A stretch of DNA of 51,501 nucleotides from an uncultured Acidimicrobiaceae bacterium (GTDB lineage: Bacteria; Actinomycetota; Acidimicrobiia; Spongiisociales; ZC4RG35): NCBI GenBank assembly GCA_964454615.1, contig CAYVTP010000004.1:1-51501 (forward strand), read 5' to 3'. The stretch's first letter is position 1. Each line of letters starts with the position of its first letter. Shown here piece by piece: positions 27,252-36,381 of the stretch. The position numbers were made by a program, and so were the translations under genes. The notes under the pieces are model-generated. The model saw nothing but the letters and a program-made list of their open reading frames with translations. It had not been told where the DNA came from and did not search any database.

Positions 27252-28525
27252 ACCGACTCCTCGATGGCAGCTGTCAGCGCCTCGATCGCCTCGTCCAGGA
27301 CGGTGAAGTGTGACTCCATGAGGAACATCGCCTCGAACTGGGAGGGAGGGAGCAGCACGCCTCGCCGCAACGCGGATCGGAAGAAGCGGGCGAACCGGTC
27401 ACGGTCCACCGTCGCCGCGTCGTCCCAGTTCCGGACCTGCTCCGGACCGAAGAAGACGGTGAGCATCGCCCCCACCCTCTGCACACATCCCGACGTACCG
27501 GACCTGTGCAATGCCGCCGCCAAACCTTCCTCGATCCGTTGCCCGGCCACCTCGAGCTCGTCGTAGAGACCGGGTCGATCCCTGAGGCGTGTCAGCGTCT
27601 CGACACCAGCCGCGGTGGCAAGCGGGTTGCCGGCGAGCGTCCCGGCCTGATAGACCGGGCCCTCCGGGGCAACCATGCGCATCAGGTCTTCACGACCGCC
27701 GTATGCCGCGGCCGGTGTCCCACCGGCGACGACCTTGCCCAGACAGGTGAGATCCGGCCTGATGCCCCAGCGCTCCTGGGCTCCCCCTCTGGCGACCCGG
27801 AACCCGGTCATCACCTCGTCGAAGATCAGGAGGGCGTCATGCTGGTCGCACAGGTCGCGCAGACCGGCGAGGAATCCCGGTTCCGGCGGTACCACCCCCA
27901 TGTTCCCGGCAACAGGCTCGACTATGACAGCGGCTACGTCCCCGGATTCGAGGGCTACGGCCGCCGACTCGAGGTCGTTGAACCGAGCATGACGTGTGTC
28001 CCTCACAGTCATCTCCGGAACCCCAGGGGAGTCTGGCTCTCCGAGTGTCGCTGCCCCCGAACCGGCCTTGACCAGGAACGGATCGGCATGACCGTGATAG
28101 CAGCCTTCGAACTTGACCACACCGGGTCGCCCGGTCGCCGCCCGGGCCACCCTGATGGCGGAGGCTGTCGCCTCGGTACCCGAGTTCACCAGTCTCACCA
28201 CCTCGACCGAAGGCACCAGTTCGACGATGAGCTCGGCCAGGTCCACTTCAAGGGCACTGGGTGCGCCGAAGGAGGTGCCCCTACCAGCAGCCGAGGTCAC
28301 AGCGTCGACCACGCCCCGGTCGGCGTGCCCGAAGAGCAGAGCGCCCCAGGAGGCGATGAAGTCGATCAGCCGATCTCCGTCCTCGGTGATCAGATGAGGC
28401 CCTGAGCCGGAGGCGATGAACGGAGGATTGCCGCCGACCGCCTTGAACGCCCTGACAGGGGAATTGACCCCGCCTGGTATCACCTTCATGGCCCGCTCGA
28501 GGAGAGACTCTGAGCGGGACATCAC
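27248..28525 (-). CDS. hemL: Glutamate-1-semialdehyde 2,1-aminomutase
   Basis: IPGGVNSPVRAFKAVGG, class III aminotransferase, 425 aa. Confidence 0.92.
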   Translation of the reverse strand: MMSRSESLLERAMKVIPGGVNSPVRAFKAVGGNPPFIASGSGPHLITEDGDRLIDFIASWGALLFGHADRGVVDAVTSAAGRGTSFGAPSALEVDLAELIVELVPSVEVVRLVNSGTEATASAIRVARAATGRPGVVKFEGCYHGHADPFLVKAGSGAATLGEPDSPGVPEMTVRDTRHARFNDLESAAVALESGDVAAVIVEPVAGNMGVVPPEPGFLAGLRDLCDQHDALLIFDEVMTGFRVARGGAQERWGIRPDLTCLGKVVAGGTPAAAYGGREDLMRMVAPEGPVYQAGTLAGNPLATAAGVETLTRLRDRPGLYDELEVAGQRIEEGLAAALHRSGTSGCVQRVGAMLTVFFGPEQVRNWDDAATVDRDRFARFFRSALRRGVLLPPSQFEAMFLMESHFTVLDEAIEALTAAIEESV

Positions 28526-29502
28526 AGCGACTCCAGTAGACGGGCGGCGCGGGTGGCGAAGTATGTGAGGATGACCGACGCTCCAGCCCGCGCTATGCCG
28601 GTCAGCGACTCGATCATGATTCGATCCCCTTCGACCCAGCCATTGGCAGCAGCAGCCTCGATCATCGAGAACTCGCCCGAGACCTGGTAGGCGGCCACCG
28701 GCACATCGACCTGTCGGCTGACAGCGGACACCACGTCCAGGTAGGGCCCGGCCGGCTTCACCATGACCATGTCGGCCCCCTCGGTGATGTCGCGGAACAC
28801 CTCGGCGATCGCTTCCTTGACGTTCGGCGGGTCCATCTGGTGGCTGCGGCGGTCACCGAAAGCCGGGGTCGACTCGGCTGCCTGGCGGAATGGCCCGTAG
28901 TAGGCGCTGGCGTACTTCGCCGAGTAGGAGCAGATCGCCAGCTCATGGTGCCCTGCACCATCGAGCGCAGAGCGCACCGCCGCCACCCTTCCATCCATCA
29001 TGTCCGAGGGGGCTATCACGTCGGCGCCGGCGTCGGCGTATGTCACGGCTGCCTCGGCGAGCAGGGGCAAAGTGGCGTCGTTGTCGATTGTCCCGCCGTT
29101 CACCACACCACAGTGACCGTGGCTGGTGTACTCGCAGAGGCACACGTCCGCCCACACCACCACATCGTCGAAAGAGTCCTTGAGGGCACGAATCGCCTCG
29201 GGCACCGGGCCGGCGGGGTCGAGCGCCGAGGTCCCCCGCTCGTCCTTCACCTCGGGGATCCCGAAGAGGGTGACACCACCGACTCCGGCGGAGACAGCCT
29301 CCCCGACCACGGGGACGAGCCGGTCGACGGACAACTGATGGTGGCCCGGCATCGAAGCTATGGGGCGTTCGGCGTCGCGTCCGGGAACGACGAACACGGG
29401 GAGGACGAACGATGCGGGATGGAGGCGCGTCTCTGCCACCATCCGCCTCAGACCGGGCGTCCTCCGCAGCCGTCGGTCTCTCTTGGCCGGGTACTCACTC
29501 AT
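28522..29502 (-). CDS. hemB: Porphobilinogen synthase (delta-aminolevulinate dehydratase)
   Basis: RLRRTPGLRRMVAETRL, DVCLCEYTSHGHCG and MVKPAGPYLD. Confidence 0.92.
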   Translation of the reverse strand: MSEYPAKRDRRLRRTPGLRRMVAETRLHPASFVLPVFVVPGRDAERPIASMPGHHQLSVDRLVPVVGEAVSAGVGGVTLFGIPEVKDERGTSALDPAGPVPEAIRALKDSFDDVVVWADVCLCEYTSHGHCGVVNGGTIDNDATLPLLAEAAVTYADAGADVIAPSDMMDGRVAAVRSALDGAGHHELAICSYSAKYASAYYGPFRQAAESTPAFGDRRSHQMDPPNVKEAIAEVFRDITEGADMVMVKPAGPYLDVVSAVSRQVDVPVAAYQVSGEFSMIEAAAANGWVEGDRIMIESLTGIARAGASVILTYFATRAARLLESL

Positions 29503-30172
29503 CTCTGATTCTCCTTGCTAGTTGGTGAGCCAGCTCGAGGAAAGTCGGGGAGGCAGGTACCACCGGGTCGGGTTGGCCCGCCTCTCTCACCGCAGCAGCC
29601 GTGGTGGGCCCTATGGCTCCAACCACCAGGCCCTCGATGTCCCGGCTCGAGGTCCAACCGGTGACAGCCAAGGGCGACCCGAACGCCACTGCGTCCACCG
29701 GGTCCCGTTCCGGGGCTACCGGTGTTGTCTGGTACACCGGAGAGGCGGTGAGCATGGCACCCCGGTTGGTCAGCTCCTCGAATGTCGCGGGGTCGGCGGC
29801 ACTGGCGTGGGGAAAGAAGACTCTCTTGCCCTCCACCTCCAGATGGTCGACGAGTTCGGCGGCACCGCCGGATCCGGTGAAAACCACCAGACCGCCGAAT
29901 TCCCTGACTGCGTCGGCGGTCCGGGGGCCGACGGCGGCCACCGGCACATCGGGCATGGTCACACCATCCCAGGTGATGGACACCGCTCTCGCCGAAGTGA
30001 CCACTATCAGGTCGGCTTGGGCCGCCTCCCGGCGGGCCACGGCCAGGTGCTCAGGGGATGCCGGGTGGACCACTATGCAGGGCAGCAGGACGGGTTCCAT
30101 CCCGACCTCGGCGAAGGCATCGGCGACGACCCCGGACTCGGAGAGGCTGGTGGTCACGGCGACACGTGTCAC
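29495..30172 (-). CDS. hemD: Uroporphyrinogen-III synthase
   Basis: 225 aa, HemD-like two-lobe pattern, located between hemC and hemB. Confidence 0.75.
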   Translation of the reverse strand: MTRVAVTTSLSESGVVADAFAEVGMEPVLLPCIVVHPASPEHLAVARREAAQADLIVVTSARAVSITWDGVTMPDVPVAAVGPRTADAVREFGGLVVFTGSGGAAELVDHLEVEGKRVFFPHASAADPATFEELTNRGAMLTASPVYQTTPVAPERDPVDAVAFGSPLAVTGWTSSRDIEGLVVGAIGPTTAAAVREAGQPDPVVPASPTFLELAHQLARRIRDE

Positions 30173-31026
30173 AGGCCCAGCTCCCTCTGAAGGTCTTCAG
30201 CCGCCCGCCCGGGCTCCGACGAAGACACCCGCGCCCTTCTCGGTCCCTCTCGGTCGGAGACGAACCCCCACATCTCGACGCTCCCTCCGTCGAGCCGGGC
30301 CAAGGCGCCGAGCGCCGCCCGACATCCCGCCCCGGTGTTGGCGAGCAGCAGTCTCTCGGCCCCCACCGCCAGCCTGGTCGGCGGATGGTCGATCGAGGTC
30401 ACCAACGCCTCGGCAGGGGAACCGGCTACGACTTCCACGGCGAGGACGCCCTGAGCCGGGGCAGGGATCATCTGGGACAGGCCCAGCCTGGTGTCGATCC
30501 TGTGCCCCATCCCGGCCCTGATCAGACCCGCCTCGGCCAGGATCACCGCATCCAGCAGACCCTGCTCGACCTTGCCGAGCCGGGTGTCGATGTTCCCTCT
30601 CACCTCTGTGACCCAGAGGTCGGGACGGAGAAGTGCCAACTGTGCTGTCCTTCGCGGACTCCCCGTCCCGACCCTGGCTCCAGGTGGCAGCTCGTCGAGG
30701 GCCGACCCACAAACCACATCCCATGGCGCCCCTCGCTCCGGGTAGTAGGCCACGAGCTGATCCGGCCCATGAACCGGTAGGTCCTTGCAAGAGTGAACCG
30801 CTAGGTCGGCTCTGCCGTCCAGGACCGCTCGCTGTACCGACCGAACGAAGGCCCCGACTTCGGTCAGGTTCGCCACCGGGCTCGCCTGGTCGACGTCACC
30901 AGTAGTGGCGACCTCGACGAGACTGTAGGTCGATCCAGGATGGGCCTTCGAGATCAGGTCGCCGACCATTCGGGCCTGGGCCCGTGCCAACGAGGAGGCC
31001 CTGGTTGCTATCCGGGTGTCGCTCAC
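30169..31026 (-). CDS. hemC: Hydroxymethylbilane synthase (porphobilinogen deaminase)
   Basis: IATRASSLARAQ, SCKDLP and RGNIDTRL. Confidence 0.9.
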   Translation of the reverse strand: MSDTRIATRASSLARAQARMVGDLISKAHPGSTYSLVEVATTGDVDQASPVANLTEVGAFVRSVQRAVLDGRADLAVHSCKDLPVHGPDQLVAYYPERGAPWDVVCGSALDELPPGARVGTGSPRRTAQLALLRPDLWVTEVRGNIDTRLGKVEQGLLDAVILAEAGLIRAGMGHRIDTRLGLSQMIPAPAQGVLAVEVVAGSPAEALVTSIDHPPTRLAVGAERLLLANTGAGCRAALGALARLDGGSVEMWGFVSDREGPRRARVSSSEPGRAAEDLQRELGL

Positions 31027-32183
31027 TCGTCGACACCGAACGCATCGGCGACGATGTCCACTGCCTCCGGGGCAAGATCGGCCTGTTTGACGTAGGAGAT
31101 GGGTCGGGCGATCAGTGCCCGGGCGACCGTGTGCGCGGTTTGCCGCAGCACCGCGAGATCCTCGTCGCTCCTCAGCCGACCTCCGAACCTCGCCACCGCG
31201 TCCTCCACGATGCCCTCGGCGCGTTTCGTCAGCCCTCCAATGACCGGGCCCAGCTGATGGTGGTTGGAGTAGGCCCGATACGCGTCGACCGCCCCAGCTC
31301 TGACCAACGGATCGACCTGGTCGTTGGGCGGTCTGCGCTCCGCCAGGCGGGCCAGGTCATCGATACCGACATAGCGGACCATCTCGTGAGGGGCCGGCTG
31401 GAAGTCGGGTGGCATCGCCATGTCTACCAAGGTCAGATGAGTTGCCCGTCGAGCCACTGCGTCAGCCAGCTCCGTCGAGTCGACCAACCGGTGCTTGGCC
31501 GACGTGGCCGAAACCACGGCCGGAAACGACTCCAATGCGGGCAGCGCCTGATCGAAACCCCAGACGTCGACGGCATCGAGCCAAACCCGCTCCGGGGATC
31601 TGGCCACCACTGTCACAGGAGGCGGCGCGGGCAAGCTGTGGAGGGCCCGAACGACCGCCGTTGCCATGACGCCCGAACCGAGCACGGCCACCCGCTCCTC
31701 GCCACCGACCACCTGAGCGGCGACCGCCGCCAGGGAGTCGTACGGCCTGTCGGGAATCGACTCCCGTGCCTGCCGTCCGACAGCGACGCCCGACTCCAGC
31801 AATCGTGCGAAGATCCCTGCGATCTCGCCCCTCTCCAGCGCCCTGCCCACTGCCTGCCGGAACTGGGTGAGGACTTCGCCTTCACCACGAACCGGCGACT
31901 CCAGACCGGCGGCCACCCTGTAGAGGTGCTCCACCGCGTCCAGGTCGGTCCGAACCCTGGCTGTGCGGACCTCCGTGATTCCTCCGAAGACCGCGCCAAG
32001 AGCCCCATCGAGACGGTCTTTGCCGCCGGCGACGACGACTTCTGTCCGTAGACAGGTCTCGAACACGAACACCGAGCCGTCCGGCTCGATCCTCTTCCTG
32101 GACCTCGCCAGGATGGCCCGGGTGGCGGCCTCGACCTCCGGGTAGGCGAAGGTCGCCGCGGCGAGATGGCTCCCGTCTCTCAT
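31023..32183 (-). CDS. hemA: Glutamyl-tRNA reductase
   Basis: ETCLRTEVVV (catalytic-Cys context) and the NADPH-binding site VAVLGSGVMA. The ATG at 32183 forms an ATGA overlap with the hemF stop. The track ORF extends to 32267. Confidence 0.85.
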   Translation of the reverse strand: MRDGSHLAAATFAYPEVEAATRAILARSRKRIEPDGSVFVFETCLRTEVVVAGGKDRLDGALGAVFGGITEVRTARVRTDLDAVEHLYRVAAGLESPVRGEGEVLTQFRQAVGRALERGEIAGIFARLLESGVAVGRQARESIPDRPYDSLAAVAAQVVGGEERVAVLGSGVMATAVVRALHSLPAPPPVTVVARSPERVWLDAVDVWGFDQALPALESFPAVVSATSAKHRLVDSTELADAVARRATHLTLVDMAMPPDFQPAPHEMVRYVGIDDLARLAERRPPNDQVDPLVRAGAVDAYRAYSNHHQLGPVIGGLTKRAEGIVEDAVARFGGRLRSDEDLAVLRQTAHTVARALIARPISYVKQADLAPEAVDIVADAFGVDE

Positions 32184-33082
32184 ACCCAGGTCCTCGCCGG
32201 TCCACGCAAGAGGTCCAGGAGCTCCGCCTCCGCCGAACCTGGCTCCGGTTCGTGGTCGTAGTGCCATGCGGCTGTCGGTGGCAAGGATGCCAGAATCGAT
32301 TCGGTCCGTCCCCCGGTCTCGAGGCCGAACCTGGTCCCCCGATCCCAGATCAGGTTGAACTCCACGTAGCGGGCGCGCCGCAGCTGGTGCCAGCGCTGTT
32401 CCGCATCGCCATAGGGGCTGTCAGCCCTCCGATGGAGGATCGGGAGGTAGGCCTCGGGGATGCGAGCGGCCAGTGAGCGTTGGAAATCCCAGACTTCCTC
32501 CAGCCGGTCGGTCAGGTGGTCGAAGAATAGCCCTCCGACTCCCCTGGACTCCCTCCGGTGGGGCAACCGAAAGTACTCGTCGCAAGCCACTTTCCACTCC
32601 TCATAGTTTGCTGTCGAGTGCCTCGAGCACACGTCGGCCAGGACGCGGTGAAAGTGGGTGGCGTCCTCTTCGAAGAAGTAATAGGGGGTCAGGTCGGCAC
32701 CCCCACCGAACCACGACACGGCGGCGTCGCTCTCGAAGTATCGGAGATTCGCATGAAAGGTGGGGGCATAGGGGTTTCTCGGGTGGACGATCACCGACAC
32801 ACCGGTGGCGTAGAACGTCCCGCCGACCGCCGCCATCCTCTCCGACAGCCCGGCCGGCGTGTCACCGAACACTGCCGAGAAGTTGACTGCGGCTTTTTCG
32901 AGGTGTTTGCCTTCGGAGAGGACCCGTGTCACTCCGCCGCCACCCTCTGGTCTGTCCCAGGCCTCCGAGGCGAATCGACCCGACCCATCGAACTCCTCGA
33001 ATGCCTCCACCAGCGAACGCTGAATCTGGCGATAGGCATCCTCCACCTCGACCCTGCTCAACACAGCCCCATCCCCCGACAT
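32180..33082 (-). CDS. hemF: Oxygen-dependent coproporphyrinogen III oxidase
   Basis: RPEGGGGVTRVL, NFSAVFG and HRRESRGVGGLFFDHL. Confidence 0.9.
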   Translation of the reverse strand: MSGDGAVLSRVEVEDAYRQIQRSLVEAFEEFDGSGRFASEAWDRPEGGGGVTRVLSEGKHLEKAAVNFSAVFGDTPAGLSERMAAVGGTFYATGVSVIVHPRNPYAPTFHANLRYFESDAAVSWFGGGADLTPYYFFEEDATHFHRVLADVCSRHSTANYEEWKVACDEYFRLPHRRESRGVGGLFFDHLTDRLEEVWDFQRSLAARIPEAYLPILHRRADSPYGDAEQRWHQLRRARYVEFNLIWDRGTRFGLETGGRTESILASLPPTAAWHYDHEPEPGSAEAELLDLLRGPARTWV

Positions 33083-33104
33083 CGGCAGACGTGTTCGAGG
33101 CGGC

Positions 33105-34166
33105 TCACGCCGACTTCACCATCTCCGCCACGGTCTTCACCCACCGCTCATCGCTGTTGACGCATGGGACCAACAGAAACCCCTCCCCACCGAGCTCTTC
33201 CCACTGCTTGCGTCCCCTGATGCCTATCTCCTCGATTGTCTCGAGGCAGTCGGCCGTGAACGACGGCGTGAGCACAGCGAGACGACGCACACCCTTCTCG
33301 TAGAGGACCGGCAACAATCGGTCGGTGTAGGGCTCGATCCACTTCTGGCCGGCCAGTCGCGACTGAAAGGAGGTGGTGGTCATCTCATCGGGGAGGCCGA
33401 GGTTCATGACAAGGTGGCGCGTGGTCGCATGGGCCTGGGCCCGGTAACAAAAGGCGTTGACCTGGGTGATCGACGAACAGCAGTCGGACCGGGCAAGACA
33501 CCACTCGCCGGATCGGTCACTGCCCCGGACCTGCTTCTCAGGGAGACCGTGGTAGCTGAACAACACATGATCCGGCCGGAACGTGTCGATCATCGGCGCG
33601 GCTATCCCCGCCGCTGCCTCGATGAAACCCGGATGGTCGTGGAACTCCCCGACACAACTCACATCGGGAACGTTGGGGCCCGAGGAGAGCACCTTCAGCG
33701 CCTTCTCGACCGCCGAACCGGTGCTCGCCGAGGCGTATTGGGGAAATTGTGGAAGCACTACCACACGACGACACCCCGCCTCCTGCAGTTGGGCGACGGC
33801 CGACTCGATGGACGGTTTCTGGTACCGCATCCCGTAGACCACGCTATACCCGTCCCCCAGGGCCTCGGCCAACCCGATGGCCAGACGCTCTGTGTTGATG
33901 ATGAGCGGGGATCCCTCGTCCGTCCACACCTTCTCGTAGGCCTCTGCCGATCGACGGGGGCGAAAGGGCAGGATCACCGCGTTCAGGAGGAGGAACCGGG
34001 CGGGCGCCGGAATGTCCAGGACCCGGGGGTCGGAGAGGAATTCCCTCAGGTATCGGCGTACATCACTCACTTCGGTCGAGTCAGGGGTCCCCAACTGCAG
34101 CAGAAGGACACCCACAGGTGGGCGGGACAGCACGGACCGGAACGTAGACCGCCCAACTTCCGACAC
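33105..34166 (-). CDS. hemH: Ferrochelatase, with an internal 4-Cys insertion
   Basis: GVLLLQLGTPDS, RYLREFLSDPRV and FSYHGLP. The insertion GEWCLARSDCCSSITQVNAFCY follows the HGLP motif. Confidence 0.9.
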   Translation of the reverse strand: MSEVGRSTFRSVLSRPPVGVLLLQLGTPDSTEVSDVRRYLREFLSDPRVLDIPAPARFLLLNAVILPFRPRRSAEAYEKVWTDEGSPLIINTERLAIGLAEALGDGYSVVYGMRYQKPSIESAVAQLQEAGCRRVVVLPQFPQYASASTGSAVEKALKVLSSGPNVPDVSCVGEFHDHPGFIEAAAGIAAPMIDTFRPDHVLFSYHGLPEKQVRGSDRSGEWCLARSDCCSSITQVNAFCYRAQAHATTRHLVMNLGLPDEMTTTSFQSRLAGQKWIEPYTDRLLPVLYEKGVRRLAVLTPSFTADCLETIEEIGIRGRKQWEELGGEGFLLVPCVNSDERWVKTVAEMVKSA

Positions 34167-34211
34167 ACAGTCGAAATGGTTTCGACGCGCTGTCGGTAAG
34201 CGGCGGCAGGT

Positions 34212-35483
34212 TCAGTCGCCCACCTCATCGCTTGTTGGAAGGGCGGCCAGGTCGAACTGGCTTCCTGAGTTCCACAACATCCACCCCACACCCCGATCCT
34301 CAGCTGCCTGGATCGACTCGCGGATCTGGTCGTTGGTCCACCAGAATGCTTGGAGCCACGGTCGCAACACTCCGCCTTCGATCCGGGGAAGCGCAGAGTC
34401 CAGCGCATTGGCCACCACCCGGTACGGGTGATCGTTGGGGTCGGGTAGTCCCAGCCAACCCAGGGAGTAGTGGCTCGGATAGACCATGGGGCTGATGGCG
34501 TCGAGATGCCTGGACAGCTCCTCGGGGCGCTGCCCGATCCCCTGGTCGTTCTGGGTGGAGACGACGATCCCGAAGATGTCGGCGCTCACCGAGCAACCCA
34601 AAGGCGAGAGTTCGGCGCGGGCCTCGGCCAGGAAGCTCTCGATCGCCTCGACCCGGACCTCCTGAGGAAGGTTTCGGTGGCCGCTGACCCTGCCCGCCTG
34701 ACCCGTTGGATAGCGAACGTAGTCGAACTGGATCTCGTCGAATCCCAGCTCGCACGCCTCGACCGCAAGATCGAGGTTGTACCGGCGGGCCTTCGGCGCA
34801 GCCGGGTCGGCCCATGCCCCTGCGAGCCGCTCTTCAGGGTGGGCCCTCACCCAGAAACGGTCCTCGAAAACGACCACCCTGGTGATGGTGTACAAGCCTG
34901 CCCGGCGTGCTTCGGCGATCCTGTCCACCGGGTCATACCGGGCGATCACGGCACCCATCTCGTGGGCTTCAGCGACCGCAGTGTCGTAGACCACTCCCCC
35001 GCCCTCCTGCTTGGTGTCGAAGACGAAGGCGTTGACCGCGGTGTCGGCTGCGAGGTCGAGGAGACGAGCGAAGTGAAGGTCATCGCCTGCGGCCCGTCCA
35101 TTGACCCGAAGCGCTCTGACCACCATGGGCTCGAGGACCAGGGAGACAGGGTCGTCTCCCTCCCATTCGGCTTCGATGTCGAGCCACCCCGGCTTGGAGA
35201 TCCTGATCGGGCCCGGCTCGAAGGTGCTGATGGAGAAGGCTCCCTCCCCGTCGGTGAAGGCCTCCTGGTCTCCCCAACGGACCAGGGCCCGGGCTATCGG
35301 GCGACCGTCACCGTCGACCACGATCCCCTCCGCCCGGGATGGCGGAAGCGTGGTGGTGGTCGTGGTGGTCGTCGTGGTGGTCGTCGTGGTGGTGGTCGTG
35401 GTGGTCGTGGTCGCTTCGACGAAGGGCGGAGTCGAGCAGGCAACCAAGGCCCAGGACAGGAAGGAGGCTACGACCCGCTTCAC
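34212..35483 (-). CDS. Lipoprotein with a poly-Thr linker and a putative glycoside-hydrolase-like TIM-barrel domain (DUF4015-like)
   Basis: Signal peptide plus lipobox (FLSWALVAC), then a run of about 21 Thr. The C-terminal domain has FDEIQFDYVRYP, typical of the putative glycosyl hydrolase-like family. Confidence 0.6.
   Translation of the reverse strand: MKRVVASFLSWALVACSTPPFVEATTTTTTTTTTTTTTTTTTTTTLPPSRAEGIVVDGDGRPIARALVRWGDQEAFTDGEGAFSISTFEPGPIRISKPGWLDIEAEWEGDDPVSLVLEPMVVRALRVNGRAAGDDLHFARLLDLAADTAVNAFVFDTKQEGGGVVYDTAVAEAHEMGAVIARYDPVDRIAEARRAGLYTITRVVVFEDRFWVRAHPEERLAGAWADPAAPKARRYNLDLAVEACELGFDEIQFDYVRYPTGQAGRVSGHRNLPQEVRVEAIESFLAEARAELSPLGCSVSADIFGIVVSTQNDQGIGQRPEELSRHLDAISPMVYPSHYSLGWLGLPDPNDHPYRVVANALDSALPRIEGGVLRPWLQAFWWTNDQIRESIQAAEDRGVGWMLWNSGSQFDLAALPTSDEVGD
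35349..35411 (-). repeat. Coding tandem repeat: about 21 consecutive Thr codons (ACC/ACG)
   Basis: The plus strand reads cgt ggt ggt ggt cgt ggt ggt cgt cgt ggt ggt cgt cgt ggt ggt ggt cgt ggt ggt cgt ggt. Confidence 0.9.
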
Positions 35484-35595
35484 AACGGCAGGGTAGGGAG
35501 GGCCGGTCCCAAAAGCGTGACCACCGCCGCCGTCGCGGTCGCTGCGGCGGTCACCGGACTTAGGGTCGAGCAGGCACGGCTCCTACCATCGCCGG

Positions 35596-35979
35596 GTGAC
35601 CATCGGGCCCGAGCAGTCCAGCGCGCCGGGATGCCGGGAAACGGCCTTCTCCACCATTCTCCTGCTCGGCATGGCGGCTGTGTTCTTCATCGTCGGCCTG
35701 TCCCTGGCCCGTCAGGCCGACTGCTCGGGCGCCTGCCAGACCTACGCCTTCACGCTTCTCTACGCCGGGGGCCCGGTGTCGGCCCTGTTCGGAGTGCTCT
35801 TCGGTTCGCTGGTGATGGCATGGCCGCTTGACATCACGTTCTGGGTGGTCGCCGGCTTCGCCTCGGCCCGCTGGGCGACGATCCGCGGCCGACGCCCCCC
35901 GGCGACCGCCCTAGCCCTCATCGGACTCGCCCTGGCCTACGGACTAGTCCTTTCTCGATTCGTCGAGATAGCCGTGTGA
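35596..35979 (+). CDS. Hypothetical integral membrane protein
   Basis: 127 aa with about 4 hydrophobic segments and a GTG start. No family recognised. Confidence 0.5.
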   Translation: MTIGPEQSSAPGCRETAFSTILLLGMAAVFFIVGLSLARQADCSGACQTYAFTLLYAGGPVSALFGVLFGSLVMAWPLDITFWVVAGFASARWATIRGRRPPATALALIGLALAYGLVLSRFVEIAV

Positions 35980-36003
35980 TCATGTCTGCGGTCCACCTAG
36001 CTT

Positions 36004-36381
36004 GTGCTGCACATGTTCACCGGGTTCTTCCACATCTTCTCCGGCGCCGTCCTGGCGCCTGTCGCCTTGATGTTGGGCATGTCAGGCGCGGTGGCCGTCT
36101 ACCTGGCCCCGGCACCGGGCGAGGCCCTGGAGCCTGTGGGCGCCGCCGCCCGGCACGTCACCGTTGAACAGGACACCACTTCGGTGAGCTTCGAGGCATT
36201 GCACCGGACCGTCGACCGGGTTTCGGTCCAGGGATGGCCGACCCAGGTGGGCGGAGACGAGCTCGGAGGGGCGATGGTGGTGGTGGCAATCGGCAGCTCC
36301 ACCGGGTCGGTCGAGTTCGGGGAGATGCCGAGACTCGTCGAGTTCAGCCTCTCCGGCGGGGCTCAGCCGGCGTCCAAATAG
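36004..36381 (+). CDS. Hypothetical protein with one N-terminal transmembrane segment
   Basis: 125 aa. Its 3' end overlaps the convergent M16 peptidase gene by 19 nt. No family recognised. Confidence 0.4.
   Translation: MLHMFTGFFHIFSGAVLAPVALMLGMSGAVAVYLAPAPGEALEPVGAAARHVTVEQDTTSVSFEALHRTVDRVSVQGWPTQVGGDELGGAMVVVAIGSSTGSVEFGEMPRLVEFSLSGGAQPASK

Noticed and set aside
35341-35415. Short tandem repeat that could be mistaken for a CRISPR-like or VNTR intergenic array
   Set aside because: It lies inside a coding region and is a 3-nt periodic poly-Thr tract with no spacer/repeat architecture. I saw no CRISPR repeats or cas genes anywhere in the window.
35517-35557. Hairpin gtgacc-a-ccgccgc…gcggcgg-tcac in the divergent intergenic region upstream of the lipoprotein/heme genes
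   Set aside because: A GC-rich 7-11 bp stem is expected by chance at this GC content. It has no T-tract and no second copy in the window, so function cannot be inferred.
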